From: a bacterium
Lineage (GTDB): Bacteria > Patescibacteriota > Microgenomatia > Levybacterales > UBA12049
Assembly (NCBI GenBank): GCA_021813145.1
Contig: JAKALS010000005.1
Location: 74,022 to 123,620 of the forward strand
DNA: 49,599 nucleotides
Direction of reading: 5' to 3'
Part shown: one piece after another, positions 17,120-26,394 of the stretch
Layout of the letters: every line of letters begins with the position of its first letter
How positions within the stretch are numbered: position 1 is the first letter of the stretch
Made by a program: the position numbers and the translations under genes
Notes under the pieces: model-generated
Database searches by the model: none
Told to the model about the DNA's origin: nothing
The model's input: only the letters and a program-made list of their open reading frames with translations

Positions 17120-18181
17120 ATGGATTCTGCCCTTTCTTTGGATACACAGATACAAAAACTTCAGGAAAAAATTAAGACCGCAAATTTACCACCGGAGCTT
17201 TTGGAAAAAATAAACGGAATGATAGGACTTTTGTCCGCAAGCCTTAAACAGGGAGGAGGAACCTTTGTAACCTACGAAAGTATTTCTTCTTATATAGACT
17301 GGGTCTTATCTCTTCCTTTTAACAAGGAAACAACAGACCTTTTGGATTTAAATACGGCAAAGCAGGTGTTGGATAAAAACCATTACGGATTGGAAAGCGT
17401 TAAAAATATAATTTTGGAATATATGGCATCAATAATATTAAGCATAAAAAGTAACCCGGAGGATAAAGTCATTAGGGCACCCATTCTTTGCCTGATAGGG
17501 CTTGTGGGTACCGGAAAAACTACACTTGCTTCCTCTATTGCACAGGCTCTGGGGAGAAAATTCGAAAGGATCCCGTTTGGAGGAATGGGAGATGCCCGCG
17601 CTTTAAGAGGACAATCAAGGGCATTTGCCGACGCGGAACCCGGCCTTATTATTAAAAAAATTGTCGAGGCAGGGAGCAAAAATCCCGTAATACTTTTGGA
17701 CGAGTTGGACAGGGTAACCGAGTCTGCAAGGTCCGACATAATGGGGGTTTTGGTAGAACTTTTGGATCCCGAACAAAACAGAGCTTTTACGGACCACTAT
17801 ATAGATTATCCCTTTGACCTTTCGCACGTTCTTTTTATTGCAACTGCAAATAATACGACAAATATATCTACGGCGGTTTTAGACAGGCTCGAGATTGTAC
17901 AGATGCCTTCCTACACGGACGCCGAAAAAGAAACAATCGCAAAAAGTTATCTGTTCCCTAAGATCAGGCAAAGTACCGGTCTTTCGGATAACCAGATAAC
18001 AATAGACGATACGCTTTGGCCTGCTATAATAAGGCCATTGGGATTTGATTCGGGTATTAGAAGTTTGGAAAGGACAATCCAGGGAATTTGCAGAAAATCC
18101 GCAAGGTTAATAGTCGAGGGCAAATCTCCCAACGGAGTACGCATTACAAACGAAAATATAAAACAGTTTATACCGACATAA
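17120..18181 (+). CDS. Lon-type AAA+ module without N-terminal substrate domain and without protease domain
   Basis: 353 aa. YIDWVLSLPFNKET..LDKNHYGLESVKNIILEYMA is the Lon pre-AAA helix. Walker A is GLVGTGKTTLASSIAQALGRKF and Walker B is VILLDELDRV. GIRSLERTIQGICRK is the Lon alpha-subdomain. The ORF stops there, and rnj starts 1 nt later. Confidence 0.8.
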   Translation: MDSALSLDTQIQKLQEKIKTANLPPELLEKINGMIGLLSASLKQGGGTFVTYESISSYIDWVLSLPFNKETTDLLDLNTAKQVLDKNHYGLESVKNIILEYMASIILSIKSNPEDKVIRAPILCLIGLVGTGKTTLASSIAQALGRKFERIPFGGMGDARALRGQSRAFADAEPGLIIKKIVEAGSKNPVILLDELDRVTESARSDIMGVLVELLDPEQNRAFTDHYIDYPFDLSHVLFIATANNTTNISTAVLDRLEIVQMPSYTDAEKETIAKSYLFPKIRQSTGLSDNQITIDDTLWPAIIRPLGFDSGIRSLERTIQGICRKSARLIVEGKSPNGVRITNENIKQFIPT

Positions 18182-18182
18182 T

Positions 18183-19844
18183 ATGGAAAAAATAACATTT
18201 ACGCCTTTGGGGGGAATCTCCGACGTTACGAAAAATATGTACCTTTACGAATATAAGGACGAGATTTTAGTGGTCGACTGCGGAATAGGCTTTGCGGACG
18301 AAACAATGGTAGGGGTAGACCTTTTGCTTCCCGATATTGCCTATTTATTAAAAAGATTAAATGAAGGCGCAAAAATTTCGGGAATGCTTTTAACCCACGG
18401 GCACGAAGACCATATTGGAGCTTTGCCTTTTATTCTTCCCCAGCTCCCGCAGTTTCCCATATACGCTACTCCCTTAACCGCTGCTTTGGCAAACGAAAAA
18501 CTGAAAGAATTCCAGGTACAAAACAGGGTAAAAGCGGTCGAATTTAACGGAGGCAAAATAGAACTGGGAAGTTTTTCCGCTTCTTTTATAAGAATTACTC
18601 ATTCCGTTCCCGACAGTTCAAATATTTTTATAAGGACTCCTCTTGGAAATTTTTACCACGGAAGCGATTTTAAATTTGATCTTACGCCCGCCGACGGCAA
18701 AAAAACCGAATTCGACAAAATAGTCGAGTTTTCAAAAGAAGGAGTTTTATGCCTGATGTCCGATTGTCTTAGGGCCGAAAAACAGGGATACACACCGTCC
18801 GAACTTTCTCTTTCCGAAAGCTTTGAAAGGGAAATTCAAAAAGCAAAAGGGAAAGTTATAATAACGACTTATTCATCCAATATTTCAAGATTAAACCAGG
18901 CAATAAAAGCGGCTTCCAAGTACGGAAGAAAAGTATGCTTTGTAGGGCGTTCCCTTTATAAAGTAAGAGATGTGGCCAGAGACTTGGGCTACATGAAAAT
19001 AGACAAAGGAATGGAAATATCCGTGGAACAGCTTAAAAACTACAAAGACAGCGATATTGTCCTTATTGTTGCCGGAAGCCAGGGGCAGGAAAATTCGGCC
19101 CTTTCAAGAATAGTGAACGACGAAAGTGACGAAATAAAAATAAGGCCTAACGATGTGGTAATTTTTTCTTCCGATCCTATACCCGGGAACGAGGTTCTTG
19201 TAAATAACGTCGTAGACGCAATTTCAAAAAAAGGTGCGAGAGTTGTTTATTCGGAGGTTTCCGGAGAATTTCATGTGTCGGGCCATGCCGCTTCAAACGA
19301 TTTAATGTTGCTAATGAACCTTGTAGATCCAAAAAAAGTTCTTCCCATAGGGGGAACCTACAGGCAGATGGTCGCATATAAAGATCTTGCAAGAAAGCAG
19401 GGATTTGAAGATAAGGACATCCTTTTGATAGACGACGGTTTGCAGGTAAATTTTTCAAACAACGATTCTTCGCTGGGGAAAAAAGTAAGCCTTAAAAATA
19501 TATACGTGGACCAGGTTTCAGGGGAAGAAGTTGAGCAGTATGTATTAGTGGACAGGAAAAAGATAGCAAAAGAAGGTATAGTCGTAATAATGGCAGAAAT
19601 AGATTCGGAAACAGGAAAAGTTGCAGGAGCTCCCACAATTATTGCAAGAGGATTTTCTTCGCAGGATAGCTCGCTTCTGAATAAAAATCTTACAAAAGAA
19701 CTCCAGAATAATTTTTATAGCAAAAAAGAAAGAATAAGAGATTGGATTTACGTAAGAAAATTAGTTGCCCAGATAGCGGAAAAGAGCATTTTTAAAACCC
19801 TTCATAAAAGGCCTCTTGTTCTGCCGGTAGTTATCGAAATCTGA
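18183..19844 (+). CDS. rnj: ribonuclease J (metallo-beta-lactamase/beta-CASP)
   Basis: The pattern LVVDCGIGF..LLTHGHEDHIGALPF, beta-CASP-like middle region, HVSGHA and a C-terminal domain is present. The 553-aa length is typical. Confidence 0.9.
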   Translation: MEKITFTPLGGISDVTKNMYLYEYKDEILVVDCGIGFADETMVGVDLLLPDIAYLLKRLNEGAKISGMLLTHGHEDHIGALPFILPQLPQFPIYATPLTAALANEKLKEFQVQNRVKAVEFNGGKIELGSFSASFIRITHSVPDSSNIFIRTPLGNFYHGSDFKFDLTPADGKKTEFDKIVEFSKEGVLCLMSDCLRAEKQGYTPSELSLSESFEREIQKAKGKVIITTYSSNISRLNQAIKAASKYGRKVCFVGRSLYKVRDVARDLGYMKIDKGMEISVEQLKNYKDSDIVLIVAGSQGQENSALSRIVNDESDEIKIRPNDVVIFSSDPIPGNEVLVNNVVDAISKKGARVVYSEVSGEFHVSGHAASNDLMLLMNLVDPKKVLPIGGTYRQMVAYKDLARKQGFEDKDILLIDDGLQVNFSNNDSSLGKKVSLKNIYVDQVSGEEVEQYVLVDRKKIAKEGIVVIMAEIDSETGKVAGAPTIIARGFSSQDSSLLNKNLTKELQNNFYSKKERIRDWIYVRKLVAQIAEKSIFKTLHKRPLVLPVVIEI

Positions 19845-19898
19845 GATAAATAAAATTAATTGTTGTGATTTACCGGACAATTTTGTAAAATCCCTCTT

Positions 19899-20483
19899 AT
19901 GTCCATTGAGGCATTTTTTGAGAGTCATCCTGCCGACGAATCTTTTGCGGAAGGAGTCAGTTGGCCCCCTAAAGACAGGGTTTCTCCAATAAAACATCTT
20001 TCGGGAATTTTAATAAACGAGGGCGCCGAAGGACTATCGGGAATAGGTAACAAATATTTTACAGCCGTTAAAACAAGGAATATGGACGTTTTGGAAGGGA
20101 TAAAAATTCCTTTTGCCGCAAATACGGCATCGATTTATACCGGAGTCACCTTGTTATCGATAGAGGATATCTTAAGTAACAAGGAGTTTGACCAGAGAGT
20201 ATTTAATTCCAGGCTTGAAATGGCTTTTGGAAAAACCGACCTTAGGGCAACTACCTTTGAAAATCCATATTGCGATTATTTAACAAGACGTGAATATATG
20301 CATATGGTAAGAGGGGCAATGGCAGATAAAACCCTCGCTTCTTTTTTTATTACGGAATTAGAACTTTTACCTTCAAGCCTTAATGAATTTTTACAAAAAA
20401 CAAAAGTTATAGAGCCTATCGTGGAACTCGTATTACCCGATTATGTCGAAAGAGCAAAGCTTCTTATTTCCCCGAACTTGTAG
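19899..20483 (+). CDS. hypothetical protein
   Basis: 194-aa ORF preceded by TTGTGA-17-TAAAAT, which ends 7 nt before the ATG. No family recognised. Confidence 0.5.
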   Translation: MSIEAFFESHPADESFAEGVSWPPKDRVSPIKHLSGILINEGAEGLSGIGNKYFTAVKTRNMDVLEGIKIPFAANTASIYTGVTLLSIEDILSNKEFDQRVFNSRLEMAFGKTDLRATTFENPYCDYLTRREYMHMVRGAMADKTLASFFITELELLPSSLNEFLQKTKVIEPIVELVLPDYVERAKLLISPNL

Positions 20484-20513
20484 TCCTAGCCTTAAGAATA
20501 TATAATATGGTGT

Positions 20514-22640
20514 ATGCCAAGAAGAAAGCATTATCGAAAACATAAATTCAAACTTAAGCTTAAAAAAGAAACAATTTATTCGATATTTGCCTTCGGACTT
20601 TTACTCTCCGGACTCTTATTGTTATTGTCTTTTTCAAAAAGCGGGGATTCCATGGTATACGTAAACGGGGAAATGGAAAGATACTTCGGGGTATTTTCAT
20701 TCCTTTTCCCGGTTGCTTTAATTTTTTTCGGCTTCTTATTTTTAAGGCTTAAAATGTTCCTTTCGAAACCCAACGTAGCAATAGGCTTTCTTTTGTTTTT
20801 CCTTTCATTATTGGGGGTTGCGAGGGCAGGAATAATAGGAGAACAGCTTTATCTTCTTATTGCCGACATTTTGGGGAATATAGGCGCAAGGCTTGTTTAC
20901 ATTGCCGGAATTTTAATAGGACTTGTTGTGTTTTTTGATACCTCTGTTGATGAGATTTTTGAAATTCTTACCCATCTTAAAGAAAACCTGGGAAGATTCG
21001 TCCCTTCAAAACTTTTTTCATTCTTCAAGAATAAAAAAGAGCCTGCTTTTGCAACAAAACAGATGAAAATAAAAGGCATGGATAAAGAATTTTCCAGCAA
21101 CACGCCTGCGATAAGAGATTTACCGATTAACGCACCTCCTCCTATTAAAAAAGAGCCTCTCATTCCCGATAAGCTGGTTGTAAACACGGTAGGCGCCGGA
21201 GGAATATGGGAATACCCGCCGCTTTCGCTTTTATCCGACTCTTCCAGCCAAAAGGCGGACAGGGGAGATATTAAAAAGATTGCCGCAACTATAGAAAGGA
21301 CCTTGCAGTCATTCGGAATAGGCGCAAAAGTTGTCGAAGTGAATCTTGGACCTGCCGTAACCCAGTATGCTTTGGAAATTGCCCTCGGGACAAAAGTATC
21401 GAAGATTACTTCTCTGGCAAACGACCTTGCCCTTGCTACGGAAGCTCCCACCGGCCAGATAAGGATTGAGGCGCCTATTCCGGGGAGAAATCTGGTAGGG
21501 ATAGAAATACCGAATAGAAGCCTTGAGGTGGTAACCCTAAAAACGATGCTTTCCTCGGACGTCATGAGAAAAGCTAAATCAAAACTTACGGTTTCTATGG
21601 GACTGGATGTTTCGGGAAATCCGGTCGTTGCCGATATAGGGAAAATGCCTCACGTATTAATAGCCGGAACTACAGGTTCCGGAAAATCGGTAATGATTAA
21701 CTCCTTTATTTCTTCCCTGCTTTTCAGGGCGTCTCCCGACGAGGTAAAGTTAATTCTCATAGATCCTAAGAGAGTAGAACTTACCGGTTATAACGGAATT
21801 CCGCATCTTATGACGCCAGTAATAGTCGAGGTAGAAAAAATATTGGCTTCTTTAAAATGGGCTATGGATCAGATGGACCAGAGGTACAAAATTTTTGCGG
21901 AAAACGGGGTAAGAAATATAGAAGGCTATAACGAGCTCGCGGGTTTCCAGACACTTCCTTATATTGTGATATTCATAGACGAACTCGCAGACCTTATGGC
22001 ATTTGCGCCTGTTGAAGTCGAAGATGCCATAGCAAGACTTGCCCAAATGGCAAGGGCAACGGGAATTCACCTTGTCGTCTCGACACAGAGGCCTTCGGTA
22101 GATGTTATAACGGGCCTTATAAAAGCCAATATCCCAACCCGAATTGCCTTTAACGTTTCGTCAATGATTGACTCGAGGGTTATAATTGATACTCCGGGTG
22201 CGGAAAAGCTTTTGGGCAGAGGAGATATGCTTTATATCCCTCCGGACCAGGCAAAGCCGACAAGGATACAGGGCGCTTTTGTTTCCGAAAAAGAGGTCAA
22301 AAGACTCGTCGACTACTTAAAATCAAAAGCTCCCGAAATCCAGTATACGGAAGAGGTAACCGAGACTCCCCTCGTTCTTAAGAAAGGAAACGCTTCTTCG
22401 ACGGGAAGCGATGGGAGAGACGACTTGTTTACAGAGGCAATAAGGATAGTATGTCAGTATGACAGAGCATCCGCTTCGCTTCTGCAAAGAAGATTATCGA
22501 TAGGTTATTCAAGAGCAGCCCGCATTTTGGACCAGCTTGAAGAGGCTCAGGTTGTAAGTCATGCGGAGGGCTCGAAACCCAGGGATGTTTTGGTCAGAAA
22601 TGCAGAGGAACTTATCCAAAATCTGGGAGAGACCCAGTAA
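20514..22640 (+). CDS. ftsK: DNA translocase FtsK/SpoIIIE
   Basis: N-terminal TM helices, Walker A HVLIAGTTGSGKSV, Walker B IVIFIDELADL, GIHLVVSTQRPS, and a gamma wHTH domain (ASASLLQRRLSIGYSRAARILDQLEEAQVV). Confidence 0.95.
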   Translation: MPRRKHYRKHKFKLKLKKETIYSIFAFGLLLSGLLLLLSFSKSGDSMVYVNGEMERYFGVFSFLFPVALIFFGFLFLRLKMFLSKPNVAIGFLLFFLSLLGVARAGIIGEQLYLLIADILGNIGARLVYIAGILIGLVVFFDTSVDEIFEILTHLKENLGRFVPSKLFSFFKNKKEPAFATKQMKIKGMDKEFSSNTPAIRDLPINAPPPIKKEPLIPDKLVVNTVGAGGIWEYPPLSLLSDSSSQKADRGDIKKIAATIERTLQSFGIGAKVVEVNLGPAVTQYALEIALGTKVSKITSLANDLALATEAPTGQIRIEAPIPGRNLVGIEIPNRSLEVVTLKTMLSSDVMRKAKSKLTVSMGLDVSGNPVVADIGKMPHVLIAGTTGSGKSVMINSFISSLLFRASPDEVKLILIDPKRVELTGYNGIPHLMTPVIVEVEKILASLKWAMDQMDQRYKIFAENGVRNIEGYNELAGFQTLPYIVIFIDELADLMAFAPVEVEDAIARLAQMARATGIHLVVSTQRPSVDVITGLIKANIPTRIAFNVSSMIDSRVIIDTPGAEKLLGRGDMLYIPPDQAKPTRIQGAFVSEKEVKRLVDYLKSKAPEIQYTEEVTETPLVLKKGNASSTGSDGRDDLFTEAIRIVCQYDRASASLLQRRLSIGYSRAARILDQLEEAQVVSHAEGSKPRDVLVRNAEELIQNLGETQ

Positions 22641-22662
22641 ACCATCAAAAGCCTCATAATTT

Positions 22663-23304
22663 ATGATTAAGGTAGGACAAAAATTCCAGGAGGCAAGGAT
22701 CGCCAAAGACCTTACCCTTGAAGACGTTTCAAAAAGCACGAAAATAAAAAAACAGTTTCTCGAAGCCATAGAAAAGGGCGAATATGAAAAACTGCCTTCG
22801 GTAACTTATGCTCAGGGGTTTGTAAGGAATTACGCAAGATTTTTGGAAATGCCCGAGGCTGAAACCCTGGCGCTTTTTAGAAGGGAATTTGATGAGGAAA
22901 AATCTCTAAAAGTTTTGCCTTCCGGTTTTGCCAAAACAAAAGAATTCCCGGTTTCGAGATTTAAGGTAAAACAAACAATAATTTTCGGTCTTCTTATCTG
23001 CTTTGTAATTCTTGCGTATATTATTTTCCAGTATAGGGGAGCTTTGGTAAACCCTTCGCTTACCGTTTCTTCTCCTTTGGAGAATTCGCAGATCGACTCT
23101 TCGGTAGTAACCGTTACAGGAAAAACCGACCCGAATGCAACGGTTTACGTTTCCAACTATCAGGTAACCGTCGATAATAACGGAGTATTTTCCAAAGTAA
23201 TCAACGTTTTTCCGGGAAAAACAACATTAACGGTAACCGCCGTTAATCCCTTCGGAAAACAAACCACAATAAAAAGAGATATAGAGGTAAAGCCCGGCTC
23301 CTGA
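22663..23304 (+). CDS. RodZ-like HTH (XRE-type) membrane protein
   Basis: VGQKFQEARIAKDLTLEDVSKSTKIKKQFLEAIEKGEYEKLPSVTYAQGFVRNYARFLEM is the RodZ N-terminal pattern. It is followed by one TM helix and an extracytoplasmic beta-rich domain. Confidence 0.75.
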   Translation: MIKVGQKFQEARIAKDLTLEDVSKSTKIKKQFLEAIEKGEYEKLPSVTYAQGFVRNYARFLEMPEAETLALFRREFDEEKSLKVLPSGFAKTKEFPVSRFKVKQTIIFGLLICFVILAYIIFQYRGALVNPSLTVSSPLENSQIDSSVVTVTGKTDPNATVYVSNYQVTVDNNGVFSKVINVFPGKTTLTVTAVNPFGKQTTIKRDIEVKPGS

Positions 23305-23359
23305 CGGACTATTGTTATCTCTTGACACAGGGGCCTTTTTAAGATAAGTTATCTATACC

Positions 23360-23629
23360 ATGATAGACCCTGCCCAAGCTACACTTTTTTTAGTAATTAT
23401 AGTTTTGACTATATTACTCCTCGTTTTGGGCATACAGGTGTATTTTATCCTGAGAGAACTTAGAAAAACGCTTGCCAAAGTGAACAAAGTTTTGGACGAT
23501 ACAAGCCTAATAACGGAAAGCGTTTCTAAGCCTATATCAAACCTGTCATCCCTTACGATGGGATTAAAAACAGGGGCCACAATCGCAAAAATTTTCGGTG
23601 CGGGAAAAAAGCACAAAAAAGAGGAGTAA
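23360..23629 (+). CDS. DUF948-like small membrane protein
   Basis: 89 aa. An N-terminal TM helix (LFLVIIVLTILLLVLGIQVYFIL) is followed by an amphipathic segment. It pairs with a YtxH-like gene 3 nt downstream, as in Firmicutes. Confidence 0.4.
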   Translation: MIDPAQATLFLVIIVLTILLLVLGIQVYFILRELRKTLAKVNKVLDDTSLITESVSKPISNLSSLTMGLKTGATIAKIFGAGKKHKKEE

Positions 23630-23632
23630 CTT

Positions 23633-23959
23633 ATGGCTGAAGGAAGATTTTCAAACGGATTTTTACTCGGTCTTGTAATCGGAGGAGGCCTTGTGTTTTT
23701 ATTGGGCACCGATTCGGGCAAAAGGATTTTAAAAACAATTTCGGAAGAAGGCTTGGAAAGCCTGACGACATTTTTAGAGGATTTGGATATTGAAGACTTG
23801 GAAGAAGAAATCCCCGACGAAGTCGAGGAAGCCCGGGAGTTAAGCAAAGAACCGAATCCCGAAAAAGTGGAAGAGATTCAGCAAGTAAAGGCCGAGGAAA
23901 AAACCGGGACAGAAACAGATGCAAAACCCGCAAAAAAAAGATTCTTCAGAAAGAAATAA
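23633..23959 (+). CDS. YtxH-like protein
   Basis: The N-terminus GFLLGLVIGGGLVFLLGTDSGKRILK matches the YtxH glycine-zipper pattern. The tail is acidic. Confidence 0.5.
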   Translation: MAEGRFSNGFLLGLVIGGGLVFLLGTDSGKRILKTISEEGLESLTTFLEDLDIEDLEEEIPDEVEEARELSKEPNPEKVEEIQQVKAEEKTGTETDAKPAKKRFFRKK

Positions 23960-24019
23960 TTTTATTCTCCGTTTATTCTTTTAATTTTACAGTTTCCAAT
24001 CAATGGCAAACGGGGAAAA

Positions 24020-24985
24020 TTATTGGCCGTATTTCTGAATATTGGCGTTGTGGCCCTGGATAGTTGTTGCGAAATGCAGGTGTCCCTGTTTATCCGCAAA
24101 AAAGTAGAGGTAGTTGGTATTTGCCGGGTTAAGAGCCGCTTCTATTGAGGAAAGTCCCGGGTTCGAGATGGGGGTAGGAGGAAGGCCGGTATTTAGCCTC
24201 GTATTATACGGCGAATTAATCGCAAGGTCGTTTGCGGTCAAATCCTGTTTCCACCAGGTCTTCTCCGAAGGTTGGTATCCCAATGCGTACATTACGGTCG
24301 GGTCGGAACCTAAAGGCATCCCGAGCTTTAGCCTGTTTATAAAAACCGAGGCAACCAGGGGACGGTCCTGGGCATACTTTGCTTCTTTTTCTATTATCGA
24401 AGCTATTATTATCGTTTGAGCTTTTGTAAGACTTGTTGTTTGTAAGTTTTTTACGCTGTCATATTTTTTATCGAAGTTAGCTCTCATCGTATCTATGACC
24501 GTCTGAACGGTTGCGTCTTTTGGAAAAAGATAAGTGTCCGGGAAAAGATAACCTTCATTCGAGTCAAGTTCCGCCCTCCAAGAATTGTTATAATTCGGAA
24601 GTTTTCCGCTTAAAAGCGAAGCTATCTCTTCCGCCCTTAAGCCTTCGGGAACGGTTATCCATACGTCCAAAGTTCCGTGTGTTAAATCCTCTGCGATCTG
24701 AGGAGCAGTCATCGACGGATTAATTTTAAAATCTCCGGCCTGAATTTGCTTATCCAGTCCGTTTATTCTTGTATAGAGGAAAAATACAATAGGGTCTTTT
24801 ATGAGGCCTTTGGAACTTAAGCTGTTTGCGATTTCGCGTACTCCTTCGCCCTTATTTACCGTAAATATTACGGGAGCCGTACTTGAACTTGCAGCCGATA
24901 AACCCCTTTGCCACCAGATAAATGTTCCTACGACTATTATCGCCAAAAGTATCAATACTACCCAAAGTCTTTTCATATTGATCAA
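24020..24985 (-). CDS. mltG: endolytic murein transglycosylase MltG (YceG-like)
   Basis: N-terminal TM helix, IASIIEKEA, VASVFINRLKLGMPLGSDPTVMY, SPYNTRLNTGLPPTPISNPG and YLYFFADKQGHLHFATT. Confidence 0.9.
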   Translation of the reverse strand: MINMKRLWVVLILLAIIVVGTFIWWQRGLSAASSSTAPVIFTVNKGEGVREIANSLSSKGLIKDPIVFFLYTRINGLDKQIQAGDFKINPSMTAPQIAEDLTHGTLDVWITVPEGLRAEEIASLLSGKLPNYNNSWRAELDSNEGYLFPDTYLFPKDATVQTVIDTMRANFDKKYDSVKNLQTTSLTKAQTIIIASIIEKEAKYAQDRPLVASVFINRLKLGMPLGSDPTVMYALGYQPSEKTWWKQDLTANDLAINSPYNTRLNTGLPPTPISNPGLSSIEAALNPANTNYLYFFADKQGHLHFATTIQGHNANIQKYGQ

Positions 24986-26253
24986 TATTCCATGACGGGA
25001 AAATTTTTTAAGGTGTCTTTCCCTTCCTTTAAATTATACACGCTTTCACTGTAAAGTGTATACAGAACATCTCCTCTTTTAACTTTGTCTTTTAACTTTG
25101 AGTTAAGGAAAATTCCCGCTCCTTTTTGACCGGGAGCACCCAAAATCCTTGCCACTATTGTTATGTTTTTGCTGTTCAGAGTTTTTACTTCGCCGTTTCT
25201 TTCCGCTTTGACTTCAAAAGAATGCTTTCCGGGTCTTAATTTTTCGCTGTCCAGATCCGGGTTTCCGCCTTGTGCCTTTACTATTTCTTTAAATTTTTCG
25301 AACGCTTTTTGGCTTTTTAGCATATGTGTCGCCAGCCCGAAGGAATTTCCATAGTTCTTTTTTATTTCTTCCTGGAGTTTTTTGGGCGAGTCCTTAAGGC
25401 ATATTTCCAGTAAAGTTCCCGCAAGGTTAATGCTTCTGATTTCCAAATCCAAAGGCCTGTTGTCTTTCTGCTGTAGAACCCTTAAAGATTCTCTCATTTC
25501 CAGGACCGGTCCTATTCCGCGTCCTGCGGGCTCATCGGTTTTATGGATTAAAACTCTTATTTTTATGCCGAATTTCTTCGCAAGAAACGCGAATTTTTCT
25601 TTAAGAATTTCTGCATCTTTTATGGAATGAACTTTTACCATCTGTCCCCAGGGAAGGTCTATTACTACGTGATTTGAGCCAAAAGCTATCTTTTTGGCCA
25701 TTATGGAAACGAGTATTTTGTCGTAGCTTTCGAAAAGAAGCGGTTTTTCTACCTGTATCAGTATGTCGTCGGCCGGGGCGAGTTTAAAGCTTCCTCCCCA
25801 GACTATGCAGCCGTTTGTTTTTTTTACAACTTCGTATATCCTATCCCTCGGCAAATCGACGGGAGCTAATATTTCCATGTCGTCTGCCGTGCCGTCGGGA
25901 GTAGTTATTGCCCTTGAGCTGCTTTTGGGTATCTTAAAACCCGAGGCTGCAACTATCGAAACAACAATAGGCGTAGTTCTTGTTCCCGGGACTCCACCTA
26001 TGCTGTGTTTATCGGCGACTATTCCCTTAAAATGGAGTTTTTCTCCCGTTTCGACCATCGCTTTTGTAAGGTAAAAAAGTTCTTCGTTGGTAAAGCCGTT
26101 AGAATATCCGGAGGCGGCAAAATAGGTGGTCAAAACGTCTCCCAATTTTTCTTCCGAGATCTGGTCCATTATTGCGTATATCTCTTTATAGGAGAGCCTT
26201 TTTCCCAATAACTTTTTTCTGATTGCGCTTAACGCGAGATTTTTTTCTTCCAT
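24982..26253 (-). CDS. pyrimidine-nucleoside/AMP phosphorylase family protein (DeoA-like)
   Basis: 423 aa with a glycosyltransferase family-3 fold pattern. DKHSIGGVPGTRTTPIVVSIVAASG matches, from memory, the archaeal AMP-phosphorylase-type HSIGGVPG rather than the thymidine-phosphorylase HSTGGVGD. Its last 4 nt overlap the start of mltG (24982-24985). Confidence 0.8.
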   Translation of the reverse strand: MEEKNLALSAIRKKLLGKRLSYKEIYAIMDQISEEKLGDVLTTYFAASGYSNGFTNEELFYLTKAMVETGEKLHFKGIVADKHSIGGVPGTRTTPIVVSIVAASGFKIPKSSSRAITTPDGTADDMEILAPVDLPRDRIYEVVKKTNGCIVWGGSFKLAPADDILIQVEKPLLFESYDKILVSIMAKKIAFGSNHVVIDLPWGQMVKVHSIKDAEILKEKFAFLAKKFGIKIRVLIHKTDEPAGRGIGPVLEMRESLRVLQQKDNRPLDLEIRSINLAGTLLEICLKDSPKKLQEEIKKNYGNSFGLATHMLKSQKAFEKFKEIVKAQGGNPDLDSEKLRPGKHSFEVKAERNGEVKTLNSKNITIVARILGAPGQKGAGIFLNSKLKDKVKRGDVLYTLYSESVYNLKEGKDTLKNFPVMEY

Positions 26254-26257
26254 AAAT

Positions 26258-26392
26258 TTAGGATTCCCTCAGCTGTTTTATGGCAAGCGAAACGGTACTC
26301 TTAAGAAGGGAGAGAAGGAAATAAAAAGTACCGTTTATAATCCTGTAAACAGTAGGCCAGATTTGTGCCAAATATTGTTTTAATCTTTCCAT
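26258..26392 (-). CDS. possible 44-aa single-TM protein (below the ORF-track cutoff)
   Basis: The frame is MERLKQYLAQIWPTVYRIINGTFYFLLSLLKSTVSLAIKQLRES. It fits exactly between the sortase stop (2 nt away) and the phosphorylase start (4 nt away). Confidence 0.35.
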   Translation of the reverse strand: MERLKQYLAQIWPTVYRIINGTFYFLLSLLKSTVSLAIKQLRES

Positions 26393-26394
26393 AT

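Noticed and set aside
17120-18181. Calling the short Lon a pseudogene
   Set aside because: The frame is intact from the promoter-proximal ATG to its stop. RNase J starts 1 nt later, and no protease-domain remnant exists in any frame, so it looks like a bona fide short gene.
23353-23933. Reverse-strand ORFs of 164 and 100 aa opposite the DUF948-like and YtxH-like genes
   Set aside because: The forward small genes have recognisable family patterns, an upstream TTGACA-type promoter (23322-23327) and tight spacing. The reverse ORFs are Ser/Leu-rich with no motifs.
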